A stretch of 64,000 bases of DNA from an uncultured Verrucomicrobiota bacterium (GTDB lineage: Bacteria > Verrucomicrobiota > Verrucomicrobiia > CAIQCK01), in assembly GCA_964524715.1 (NCBI GenBank), contig CAZGGF010000400.1:16964-80963 (forward strand), read 5' to 3'. The translations under genes were made by a program, and so were the position numbers. The notes under the pieces were generated by a model that had not been told where the DNA came from, made no database searches, and saw nothing but the letters and a program-made list of their open reading frames with translations. This document shows, piece by piece, positions 17,555-26,354 of this stretch (position 1 is its first letter; every line of letters starts with the position of its first letter).

Positions 17555-20500
17555 ATGAACTCAAAATCAGAAGCACTCAACATAACCCTGTCAACCGTGG
17601 TCATTGGCGCCGTGGCGATGCTGTCCTTCGCATCGCTCACTCTGGCCGCTCCGCAGGAAACAACCCACCAAACAGGAAAAACGACTCCACCCACGACGGC
17701 TACTCAGGCCGCAAAGGACAACGCGCTATCACCGGAGCAGATTCAGGCAAAGATCGCCGCGCTCACCGGCGACAAGGACTTGAAGGACGAGGTCCGGACG
17801 CTGGCGATTGACTTGTACAAATCCTGCCTGAAGGCAGTGACCCAGGCGCAGTCGGACGAAAAGCAGGCCGCGGAGTATCAGGACGCGATAGACAATGGTC
17901 CCGCGCAGGCCCGTGCGATACGCCAGGAAGTATTGCCTCCCGCAGCCGCCCCCCTGTCCGGGACAGCTTCCCTGTCCGTGAAAGAACTGCAACAACGGCT
18001 GGATGCGCAAGTGGCTTCCGTGCGCACATTGAAAGGTCTGCTCGAAGAGCTGGATCGTCAGATCAAAGCCCTGAGGGAAGACCCCATGGCAACGGCCGCG
18101 GCATTGGCCGCAGCCCGGGCGGAATTGGACCCACTGAAACAGACAGCCACTCCCGCGACAGGAAGCGATTCGGCGGAGGTGGCAGCAGCCCGGCAGACAC
18201 TGCGGCAGGCTCAACAACTGGCCGCCGCGGCGCGCGTCCACAGGCTGGAGTTGATGCAATCCAGCACGGCTGCACGCCAGGATTTGCTGGCGGCACGTCG
18301 TGAGCAAATCGCGCGCCGCATGGCCGCAGCGAGAGATGTCACGCGTCAACTGAGCGACCTGCTTAACGCAAAACAACGCGAGTCCGCTTCGCGCGCACAG
18401 TTGGAGGCGCAAAACGCCGACCACGAGCACCCCGCAGTGCGGACCGTGATCGAGCAGAACGCAAAATTCGGCAAACAACTCGACACCCTGATCGACCAGA
18501 TCAAGATGACCCTTGCGCAGTTGCGAACACTCAACGCCCGGCTGCAGGAGATCAGCCAGAACTACGAAATCACGAAGGAAGAGATGGCGATTGACGGCGT
18601 GGGCGTGGAGCAAGCGGAAGCACTGCGCCGTGACCGGCGAAAGCTGCCCAACGCGGAACAATGCCGCCGGGACGCGGCAGAGGCGAGGCATCGAGCCAAT
18701 CAGGCCCGCGTGGGCCAGTTGCAGAGCAACCAGGAAGCCCAGAATCTTGAGAACATTGACCAACGCTGCGCACAGATTCTCGCCGATCAAGTTCCCCAGA
18801 CATTGCCATCGGAGCAGCGCGAGGCGATCCGCACGCGAGTCCGCAGCCTGTTGAACACTCGCCAGCAACTGGTCGAGAATCTCAACGGCAGCTACGCCCG
18901 CTACATGGACCTCTTGAGTTCGCTCCAGGAGCGCGAACAACAACTTGCATCCAAATCCGCGGCGTTTGCGCAACTGCTGGACGAGCGGCTCATGTGGATT
19001 CCCAGCGCTTCGCCGGTCAGCCACGCATGGCTCGGCAGGATCGCCCGTTCCACCGGCTGGCTCACGAGCGCCGAAAACTGGCGCGCGGTCGCCGCCAGCC
19101 TTGCGGCGGAGATACATCGGCAACCCGTGCAGACGCTGCCCGTGCTGGCGCTGATCGCCGTTCTGGTGCTTGCCCGGCGCCGGCTGTTTGCGCGGTTGGA
19201 TACGCTTGGCAAACTCGCCAGGGCGACGGACGGCGGAGGTTTCAAGGTGACCGGCATGGCGCTGGTCATAACGCTGCTGACGGCCCTGCCCGGACCGGCG
19301 TTGTTGTGGACCATTTCCTTTCTCTTGTCGCAAAGCGGCAGTGCGGTTGAGTTTGTAAAATTCGTGAGCGCCGGTTTGCGTCGCGCGGCCCAGTATGGGT
19401 TGTATCTGGAATTGCTTCGCCAGATTTGCCGTTCCCATGGACTTGCGGACGCTCATTTCCAATGGAACAAGTCCACGCTCAAGGTGCTCCGGCAAAACCT
19501 GGGCTGGTTGCTCATGGTCTATGTCCCGCTGAGTTTCATCATCGCCACGACGTACGCCAGTTCCATGAACGCGAACTCAACAGGCGACTATGCCAGCGGC
19601 CTGGGACGATTTGCGTTTGTGCTGATGTCCATCGCCTTGTCGGCGTTTCTCTGGTCCGTGCTGCATCTGCGCAAAGGCGTGCTGGCGACGATGACACCTG
19701 ATCGCCGTGCCCGATGGGTCTGGCGGACACGCATCCTCTGGTATCCGCTTGCAGTGATCACGCCGCTGTTGCTCGGCATGGCCGCGCTGCTGGGTTACTA
19801 CCACGCTGCGCTGGCGTTTGAGGGACGACTGCTGCGGTCCTTCCTGATCATCATCGCCGTCCTGTTGCTGCACAATCTGGCAACGCGCTGGTTGCTGTTG
19901 CTGCAAAACAAGATTCTGCTCTGGGAAGCGCGCGAGAAGCACGCGGCCGACGCCATCTCGCGAACAAGGAACGAAGTGGCCGAAACCGCCGGCCAGGGCA
20001 CGCCTCAATCGCTCGACTTGCTGCAGGTCGATCTGGTGACGATCAACGCGCAGACGCGTTCGCTTTTTGACGCGCTTCTGTGGGTCGTGATCGGGGCGTT
20101 CCTGTGGACCATCTGGGCGGATATGCTGCCAGCCCTGCGGGTCCTCGGAAACACACCACTGTGGCAGCACACAGTGAAAAGCGCCTCCGCCATACAGCTG
20201 GAGAACATCACCGTGGGTCATCTCGTAATGGCGACTCTCTTCGCGGTCCTCACGGTCGTCGCCACGCGTAATGTGCCGGGGTTGCTGGAAATCCTGTTGC
20301 TCCCGCGTTTGTCGTTGGACGCGGGCGTCCGCTACGCCATCAACCGCATCGCGATCTATATCGTCATCACGATTGGCGCGGTTGCGACGTTTAACGAGAT
20401 CGGCGTGGGATGGGACGAGGTGCAGTGGCTGGCGGCGGCGTTCAGCGTGGGACTCGGTTTCGGCTTGCAGGAAATTTTCGCGAACTTTGTCTCGGGCCTC

Positions 20501-20950
20501 ATCATGCTCTTCGAGCGCCCAATTCGAGTGGGCGATATTGTGACGGTGGACGGCATGAGCGGCACCGTCTCCCGTATCCGCATGAGAGCCACCACCATCA
20601 CCGACTGGGACAACAAGGAGATGATCGTCCCCAACAAGAAGTTCATCACCGACCGCGTCACCAACTGGACGCTGACAAGCCCGATGACACGGGTGGTGAT
20701 CAACGTCTCCCTTGCCCTCGGCGCGGATACGAAGCTGGCCGAACGCCTGATGCTGGAGATCGCGAGAGCACACAAGCTCGTGCTCGCAAAGCCCGTGCCA
20801 ACGGTTTTCTTCACCCAGTTTGGCGAAAGCGCCCTGAACTTCGAATTGCGCGTTTTCGTCAAGGAGCCGGCGGACCGCATGCCGGTGCTCAACGATCTCC
20901 ACATGGCATTGAACGAGGCATTCCAGAAGAACGGCATTCATATCCCGTAG
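17555..20950 (+). CDS. MscK/KefA-like large mechanosensitive channel (MscS family)
   Basis: The domain order is signal/TM, long Gln/Ala-rich coiled-coil periplasmic region, multiple TM segments, and a C-terminal MscS core (IFANFVSGLIMLFERPIRVGDIVTVDGMSGTVSRIRMRATTITDWDNKEMIVPN). The likely start is ATG 17555. Confidence 0.85.
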   Translation: MNSKSEALNITLSTVVIGAVAMLSFASLTLAAPQETTHQTGKTTPPTTATQAAKDNALSPEQIQAKIAALTGDKDLKDEVRTLAIDLYKSCLKAVTQAQSDEKQAAEYQDAIDNGPAQARAIRQEVLPPAAAPLSGTASLSVKELQQRLDAQVASVRTLKGLLEELDRQIKALREDPMATAAALAAARAELDPLKQTATPATGSDSAEVAAARQTLRQAQQLAAAARVHRLELMQSSTAARQDLLAARREQIARRMAAARDVTRQLSDLLNAKQRESASRAQLEAQNADHEHPAVRTVIEQNAKFGKQLDTLIDQIKMTLAQLRTLNARLQEISQNYEITKEEMAIDGVGVEQAEALRRDRRKLPNAEQCRRDAAEARHRANQARVGQLQSNQEAQNLENIDQRCAQILADQVPQTLPSEQREAIRTRVRSLLNTRQQLVENLNGSYARYMDLLSSLQEREQQLASKSAAFAQLLDERLMWIPSASPVSHAWLGRIARSTGWLTSAENWRAVAASLAAEIHRQPVQTLPVLALIAVLVLARRRLFARLDTLGKLARATDGGGFKVTGMALVITLLTALPGPALLWTISFLLSQSGSAVEFVKFVSAGLRRAAQYGLYLELLRQICRSHGLADAHFQWNKSTLKVLRQNLGWLLMVYVPLSFIIATTYASSMNANSTGDYASGLGRFAFVLMSIALSAFLWSVLHLRKGVLATMTPDRRARWVWRTRILWYPLAVITPLLLGMAALLGYYHAALAFEGRLLRSFLIIIAVLLLHNLATRWLLLLQNKILLWEAREKHAADAISRTRNEVAETAGQGTPQSLDLLQVDLVTINAQTRSLFDALLWVVIGAFLWTIWADMLPALRVLGNTPLWQHTVKSASAIQLENITVGHLVMATLFAVLTVVATRNVPGLLEILLLPRLSLDAGVRYAINRIAIYIVITIGAVATFNEIGVGWDEVQWLAAAFSVGLGFGLQEIFANFVSGLIMLFERPIRVGDIVTVDGMSGTVSRIRMRATTITDWDNKEMIVPNKKFITDRVTNWTLTSPMTRVVINVSLALGADTKLAERLMLEIARAHKLVLAKPVPTVFFTQFGESALNFELRVFVKEPADRMPVLNDLHMALNEAFQKNGIHIP

Positions 20951-21299
20951 AGCAAGCGGATCAGCAGGGAGGATGTCAGGCTGTCGCGGTTTACAACCGG
21001 GCCACATCCTCCAAGCCAGAAGAGGCGTGACTGGCAACGGTCACGCTGCCCCGCAGGATTCGAAGCGAGTTTTCACGGCGCCCAGACCGAGTCCGACTGG
21101 TTTTGTGTGGTTGCTGATGCTCACCGACCAATGTCATGGGAATCGACTATTCCACAACATGACCAATGGATGCGTGAAATATTCCTTGTCCTGTCACTTT
21201 TCTGCCTCTTTGAAACAATAATCTGTTAACACAATCGTTAAGTCATGGTGCAGGGACAAAACACGCTGTGAGGACACGAACAGTGAAAGGACAGACACC

Positions 21300-22061
21300 A
21301 TGAAGAGGACCATTGCAATCGCAGTACTAACACTTGCCGTGACAGTGTTTTACGCATTCGCCCAAGACACGGATCGTCCGCCAAGCCAACAGGACAAACA
21401 GGACCAGAGTGGGCAAGACCAGAATTCCAGTACCCGCCGCCGCCCACCACCTCCTCCACCCAACGGGGATCAAGCCAATCAGCAAGGACAAGACGGTCAG
21501 AATAACCAAGGCTCCGGCACTCGTCGTCCACCGCCCCCGCCGCCCAATGGCGATCAAGTCGGTCAGCAAGGCCAACAAGGTCAAGGCGGCCAAAACAACC
21601 AAGGCTCTGACACTCGTCGTCCGCCACCTCCGCCGCCCAATGGCGACCAAGCTGGCCAGCAGGGTAAAAAGGGCCAGAATGGCCAAGCCGGCCAAGACTC
21701 TGGTGCACGCCGCCGCCCACCGCCTCCGCCGCGCAATGGCGACCAAGCCGGTCAGCAGGGCAAGAAAGACCAAAATGGTCAGGCTGGCCAAAACTCCGGT
21801 GCACGCCGTCGCCCACCGCCTCCGCCGCGCAATGGTGATCAAGCCGGCCAGCAGGGCAAGAAAGACCAAAATGGCCAGGCTGGCCAAAACTCCGGTGCAC
21901 GCCGTCCCCCACCGCCTCCGCCCAATGGTGATCAAGCCGGTCAGCAAGGTCAGCAGGGCCAGAACAATCAGGGTTCAGGCACCGTCCGTCGGCCACCGCC
22001 GCCGCCACCTGAGGGTGATCAAACCGGCACAAGCACCAAGCCCCGTCCACCGTCTGAGTAA
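21300..22061 (+). CDS. Secreted Pro/Gly/Gln-rich tandem-repeat protein
   Basis: It has a signal peptide (MKRTIAIAVLTLAVTVFYAFA) and then 7 copies of about RRPPPPPP(N/R)NGDQAGQQG(KK/QQ)(G/D)QNGQAGQ.SG. Frame choice is supported by the signal peptide and an SD-like gaaagga upstream. Confidence 0.75.
   Translation: MKRTIAIAVLTLAVTVFYAFAQDTDRPPSQQDKQDQSGQDQNSSTRRRPPPPPPNGDQANQQGQDGQNNQGSGTRRPPPPPPNGDQVGQQGQQGQGGQNNQGSDTRRPPPPPPNGDQAGQQGKKGQNGQAGQDSGARRRPPPPPRNGDQAGQQGKKDQNGQAGQNSGARRRPPPPPRNGDQAGQQGKKDQNGQAGQNSGARRPPPPPPNGDQAGQQGQQGQNNQGSGTVRRPPPPPPEGDQTGTSTKPRPPSE
21702..21893. repeat. Two near-identical 96-bp tandem units inside the repeat-protein gene (flanked by diverged copies from ~21430 to ~21990)
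   Basis: The units 21702-21797 and 21798-21893 both begin ggtgcacgcc and differ at only a few positions. Confidence 0.85.
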
Positions 22062-22093
22062 GAGGCACTCACCTAGGTATCTGTCAACAGGAT

Positions 22094-22134
22094 GTGCGAG
22101 GCTTCGGGAGGGGGGCCTCGCACATTCCTTTTCT
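22094..22134 (+). terminator. Intrinsic terminator between convergent genes
   Basis: gtgcgaggc (22094-22102) pairs with gcctcgcac (22115-22123), giving a 9-bp GC-rich stem. It is followed by attccttttct. Confidence 0.55.
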
Positions 22135-22158
22135 ACAAACCGTTCCTTATGAAAGACG

Positions 22159-23571
22159 TCAGGCAGTTGCCGCTGGCAATCGGATTACCACTTCCAAGCC
22201 GGAGGGTGTGCGATTGCGGGCGGTGACCGTGCCTTGGCAGGCTTCCACACAAGTCTTGACGATAGCCAAGCCCAGCCCCACACCGCCACTGTCACGGCTG
22301 CGGGAGGATTCGATGCGAAAGAAAGGGTCGAAAACCCTGTCCAAAGCATCGGCGGGCAAACCGGGGCCGGAATCGCTCACGATGAGCATCGTATGATCTG
22401 GCGTGCCTGCCGAGGAGACGGTGATTGGCCCGGCGTCGGCGGCATAGCGCACAGCGTTGCGGACCACGTTTCCAAGCGCGCGCTCCAGCAAGCCCGGCGA
22501 AGCGAGGGCACGGGCTGTTTCATCGACCTTGATTTCCACCAACACACCCGCAGCTTCCCGATCAACCACGCGCCGCACCACGTCCACCAGCGCCACCGGT
22601 TCCAGGGCAATTTCCTTCTGCTTAAGGCCAGCCTTGGAGAAGGCGAGCAGTTCACTGACCAGTTCCGACATTTGCTGCACCTCTTCGCGCAGGTCATCGA
22701 CGCAGGCTTTTTGTTTTTCATCTGCGCGTTGTTCCAGAATGCCAAGTGACACCTGGATGCGTGCGATGGGCGAACACAATTCGTGCGCGATGTCACCCAG
22801 GAAACGTCTCTGCCCCGTGACAAAGCCCGACAAACGAGACGCCATGCGATTGATGCTTTCGCCCAACCGGCCCAGTTCGTCGCCCCGCCGCGTGGCCACC
22901 TGCACGTCGAAACGTCCGTCAGCAATCTCAGCGGTGGCTCGCGTCATCTGGGAAATTGAGCGTGTAATACTGCGCACCAGGGGAATCCAAAACACCACGG
23001 AGAACATCAATGTGCCGAGACCGATTAGAAGCCACGGTTTGAAATCAAGGAAAAGGCCGCCACCACTCATCGAATCCGACACGGCTAATAGAACCGCCGG
23101 CAACTCGCGTTTTCTTTCAATACCGACCACCGGCACGCGCACGCCCACCCAGTAACGAGCAGGGTCCCCCGCACGTTCCATGAATTTCGCATAGGGACGC
23201 CGTCTGGAACCGGCATCAGATGGCGGTCCACGTCGTTCGCCAAGCACATTCTCCACGGAACGAGGCAACTCAACCGGTTCACCCGCGATTTGGCCACCGT
23301 CGGTTTGAAATAGATAGAATTGAACACCGTAGGAACTGCTGAAGCGTTTGAGTATCTCATTTGCCGAAGCCCGCCCGGGAAACTTGTTGAGTTCGGCCGT
23401 GATGACTTCGCTCACCGCTTGAATCCGGTCGCCAGAGCGGCCCATCATCAGCGAGTTGAGGCCAAGTTTCACCTGCGTGTGAAAGAAAATATAGAACCCC
23501 GCGCAGACCACAATGAGGTTCAGAAAGAACCAAAGCAAAATCTTCGCATAGAGTGGGAAGCGGATTCTCAT
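22159..23571 (-). CDS. Sensor histidine kinase (2 TM, HAMP, HisKA, HATPase_c)
   Basis: The H-box is FLGDIAHELCSPIARIQ, the N-box is NVVRNAVRYA, and the G-boxes are DSGPGLP and GGVGLGLAIV. Confidence 0.9.
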   Translation of the reverse strand: MRIRFPLYAKILLWFFLNLIVVCAGFYIFFHTQVKLGLNSLMMGRSGDRIQAVSEVITAELNKFPGRASANEILKRFSSSYGVQFYLFQTDGGQIAGEPVELPRSVENVLGERRGPPSDAGSRRRPYAKFMERAGDPARYWVGVRVPVVGIERKRELPAVLLAVSDSMSGGGLFLDFKPWLLIGLGTLMFSVVFWIPLVRSITRSISQMTRATAEIADGRFDVQVATRRGDELGRLGESINRMASRLSGFVTGQRRFLGDIAHELCSPIARIQVSLGILEQRADEKQKACVDDLREEVQQMSELVSELLAFSKAGLKQKEIALEPVALVDVVRRVVDREAAGVLVEIKVDETARALASPGLLERALGNVVRNAVRYAADAGPITVSSAGTPDHTMLIVSDSGPGLPADALDRVFDPFFRIESSRSRDSGGVGLGLAIVKTCVEACQGTVTARNRTPSGLEVVIRLPAATA

Positions 23572-23574
23572 GGC

Positions 23575-24336
23575 TCAGAATTGCCCGGCGTCAGGGTTGA
23601 TGAGCAGATAACCGGCGGCGCGCACGGTGCGGATGAACCGCGGTTCTTTCGGATCATCGCCGAGTTTCCTGCGCAACGCTGAGATATGAACGTCAATGGA
23701 TCGATCGAACACCTCATAGTTACGATCGCGAATCTCCTCCAGAAGATGCTCACGGGTTTTTACGCGTCCCCGAGCGCGAGCAAGACTTGCCAGCAAATCA
23801 AATTCGACAGGCGTCAGCACGAGCGGCTTGTCGTCAAAAACAGCCGTGCGCGAGCCAGTGTTCACCCGCAGTTTGCCAACAACAATCTCTGGTTCGGCCT
23901 TCTCGTCTTCCTGTAACGCAGCCATGGACGCACGGCGCGTGACGGCGCGCAGGCGTGCCAATAGCTCGCGCGTCGAGAAAGTCTTCGGCAGGTAATCGTC
24001 CGCGCCGATTTCCAATCCCACGATGCGGTCGGATTCGTCGCCGCGCGCGGTGAGCATCAGCACGGGCACGCTGGACTTGTGGCGGATCTGTTTGAGCACC
24101 TCAAAACCGTCCATGCCCGGCAGCATCACGTCGAGAATCACTGCCTGCCACGTTTCCGCGGTTGCTTTCTCAACTCCCTCCGGCCCTGTGTGAACCGCCG
24201 ACACGTCGTAACCGAGTGGCTCCAGGTAAGTCTTGATGAGCCGGCAAAGTTTGCGGTCATCGTCAACCACCAGCACACGCGCAAGCGTGCCGGTGCTGGC
24301 GCTGGCTGAATCGGCGTGGCGCTCTGTTGGAGTCAT
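23575..24336 (-). CDS. OmpR/PhoB-family response regulator
   Basis: It has a receiver domain (VLVVDDD...DVMLPGMDG...LTARG) and a winged-helix C-terminus (LTPVEFDLL...RSIDVHISALRRKL...IRTVRAAGY). It ends 3 nt before the HK start. The start is 24336 or 24390. Confidence 0.9.
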   Translation of the reverse strand: MTPTERHADSASASTGTLARVLVVDDDRKLCRLIKTYLEPLGYDVSAVHTGPEGVEKATAETWQAVILDVMLPGMDGFEVLKQIRHKSSVPVLMLTARGDESDRIVGLEIGADDYLPKTFSTRELLARLRAVTRRASMAALQEDEKAEPEIVVGKLRVNTGSRTAVFDDKPLVLTPVEFDLLASLARARGRVKTREHLLEEIRDRNYEVFDRSIDVHISALRRKLGDDPKEPRFIRTVRAAGYLLINPDAGQF

Positions 24337-24389
24337 AGCAGATTCTTCAACAGGAAGTGTACCCTCTCCTTCCCCACTGCGCTGCAACA

Positions 24390-24438
24390 TTTACGTTTCC
24401 TTTACATTTTTCCTCCGCGTCACACACGAATTCTTTAC
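24390..24438 (+). promoter_or_regulatory. Phased TTTAC direct repeats, candidate OmpR-family binding site
   Basis: TTTAC occurs at 24390, 24401 and 24434, with spacings of 11 and 33 bp. The context TTTACATTTTT resembles E. coli OmpR half-sites. The repeats lie in the divergent regulator/operon intergenic region. Confidence 0.3.
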
Positions 24439-24475
24439 ACGCCCGCTGTTCAATACAGGTAAAGGAAACAGAACT

Positions 24476-26305
24476 ATGAAAACGCAAACGACAATTTCAG
24501 TGGTGATTGGCGCGTGGCTGATGGTGCTGTGCGCGGATGGCGCGGCGATGCAGCAAACGATGCCTGGCTTTGCGCTCATCCCGGCTGGCAAGTTTGAGAT
24601 GGGCGACCATCACGGATTCGTGGACCCGAAACACGGCGGCGATGAGACGCCACTCCATACGGTGCGGTTGGACGCGTTCTACATGGGCGTCTGCACGGTC
24701 ACGACGCGCGAGTATTGCGAGTTTCTCAACTCGGCGATCGCCCAACGCATGATCGAGGTGCGGCAGGGTGGCGTGTACCTCACGGGCGGGAAAGACCTCT
24801 TGTGCGAGACGCGTGAGATGTCGCCTTACAGCCGAATCGGCTTCAGTGCCGGGAAGTTCACCGTACTCGACCGAAAGGAAAACCATCCCATTGTCTGCAT
24901 CCGCTGGCCAGGCGCGGCGGTCTACTGCAACTGGCTGAGCACACAGAAACGGTTGCCGACCTGCTACAACACAACGACGTGGGACTGCGATTTCAACAAG
25001 AGCGGCTTCCGGCTGCCAACGGAGGCGGAGTGGGAATACGCCGGGCGCGGCGACCTGCACAATCCCTACCGCAATTTTCCATGGGGCGACGAGCCGGACG
25101 CCACAAAGGCGAACTGGCCGGAGTCGAAGAATCCGTTTCGCGCCGGTCCCCTTCCCTGGACGACACCGGTCGGGTTCTTCAACGGGCAAACGCACCGTAA
25201 AGCGGACTTCGGCTGGCCCGGCGCACAGGAGACGTTTCAAACCTCGAACGGCGCCAATGGCTACGGCCTCTACGACATGAGCGGCAATGTCTGGCAATTC
25301 ATCAACGATTGGTACGTGCGCGATTACTACGCTTACAGCCCGGCGGAAAACCCGCCCGGCCCGGCGAGCGGCAGTCTGGTGCAGGATGGCAAGCCGTATC
25401 GCGGCATGCGCGGCGGAAATTGGTATAATGGCGAGAACGGCCACGGCCGGGTGTCCAACCGCAATCCGTCCTACTATCGCGGTCCGCAGGACCCGGATCA
25501 TCCGTATTACCACCTCGGCTTCCGTGTCGTGCTGCCGGTCAACGCCGAAAGCCGGCCGGTCATCAAGCCAACGCCCGTGCAACACATCGGCGGTCGCGAG
25601 GGTGCACCGGGCGGAGGTCGGCCAGGGAAAGGCGGCGGTGGTGGCCGACGGCGCTCCAGTGATCAGACCCGGTCAGATGACAATCGCCCGCCGCGAGATG
25701 GCCAGGGTGGCGGCGCCGCAACGCGCGAACAAGGCGGTCGTCCGCAGCGTCCCGATGCCCAACGGCCGGCTCGTTCCGGCTCATTCGTCCTGAGCAGTCC
25801 CGAGGTGACCGATGGCGGGACGCTGCCGGCGGAGTTCACCGGCGACGGCGCAAGCATCACGCTGCCACTCCAATGGACCGGCGCGCCGACCGGCACAAAA
25901 AGCTACGCACTCATCATGCACCATGAGGCGCCGGACCAGACCAAATGGTATTGGATCCTCTACAACATACCTGCGGATGTTCGGAACCTGCCCAAGAATG
26001 TGAAGGATGTGGGCACGCTGGGCAATAACAGCGTCAACGAACGGACCGAATATGCCCCGCCCCACTCGAAAGGGCCAGGCGCGAAGACCTACATCTATAC
26101 TGTCTATGCGCTGTCAGCGCCGCTGCAACTGACCGTCCCGCCATCTCAAGTCAACCGCGAAGTTCTTCTCGCGGCCATGAAGGACCGTATCCTTGCGAGC
26201 GCAGAATTGAGCGTGGTTTACACGCGCCCAGGCAATGGCGGCGAAGACGGGGGCGGCGAGCGACGCAGACCAAGCAAGTCGGAAGATCGTCCGCAACGCA
26301 ATTGA
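24476..26305 (+). CDS. Fusion protein: FGE/SUMF1-family domain + Gly/Arg-rich linker + YbhB/YbcL (PEBP) domain
   Basis: It has a signal peptide. The FGE-type motifs are FEMGDHHG, RLPTEAEWEYAGRG, GNVWQF..DWY, MRGGNWY and GFRVV. The linker is GGREGAPGGGRPGKGGGGGRRR...DNRPPRDGQGGG. The PEBP-type motifs are SYALIMHH.APDQTKWYWILYNIP...YAPPHSKGPGAKTYIYTVYAL. Confidence 0.8.
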   Translation: MKTQTTISVVIGAWLMVLCADGAAMQQTMPGFALIPAGKFEMGDHHGFVDPKHGGDETPLHTVRLDAFYMGVCTVTTREYCEFLNSAIAQRMIEVRQGGVYLTGGKDLLCETREMSPYSRIGFSAGKFTVLDRKENHPIVCIRWPGAAVYCNWLSTQKRLPTCYNTTTWDCDFNKSGFRLPTEAEWEYAGRGDLHNPYRNFPWGDEPDATKANWPESKNPFRAGPLPWTTPVGFFNGQTHRKADFGWPGAQETFQTSNGANGYGLYDMSGNVWQFINDWYVRDYYAYSPAENPPGPASGSLVQDGKPYRGMRGGNWYNGENGHGRVSNRNPSYYRGPQDPDHPYYHLGFRVVLPVNAESRPVIKPTPVQHIGGREGAPGGGRPGKGGGGGRRRSSDQTRSDDNRPPRDGQGGGAATREQGGRPQRPDAQRPARSGSFVLSSPEVTDGGTLPAEFTGDGASITLPLQWTGAPTGTKSYALIMHHEAPDQTKWYWILYNIPADVRNLPKNVKDVGTLGNNSVNERTEYAPPHSKGPGAKTYIYTVYALSAPLQLTVPPSQVNREVLLAAMKDRILASAELSVVYTRPGNGGEDGGGERRRPSKSEDRPQRN

Positions 26306-26354
26306 AAATCAGAAGCTGAGTCACCTCTAACACCAGGTTCACAGGAGAAAGATC

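Noticed and set aside
17729-21037. 588-aa and 486-aa minus-strand ORFs opposite the MscK-like channel gene
   Set aside because: These are shadow ORFs. The plus frame carries the MscS core and a coherent TM/coiled-coil architecture.
21327-22152. Alternative-frame ORFs through the 96-bp repeats (206 aa and 276 aa minus, 247 aa plus)
   Set aside because: Repetitive DNA keeps all frames open. Only the 21300 frame has a signal peptide, an SD-like site and a terminator right after its stop.
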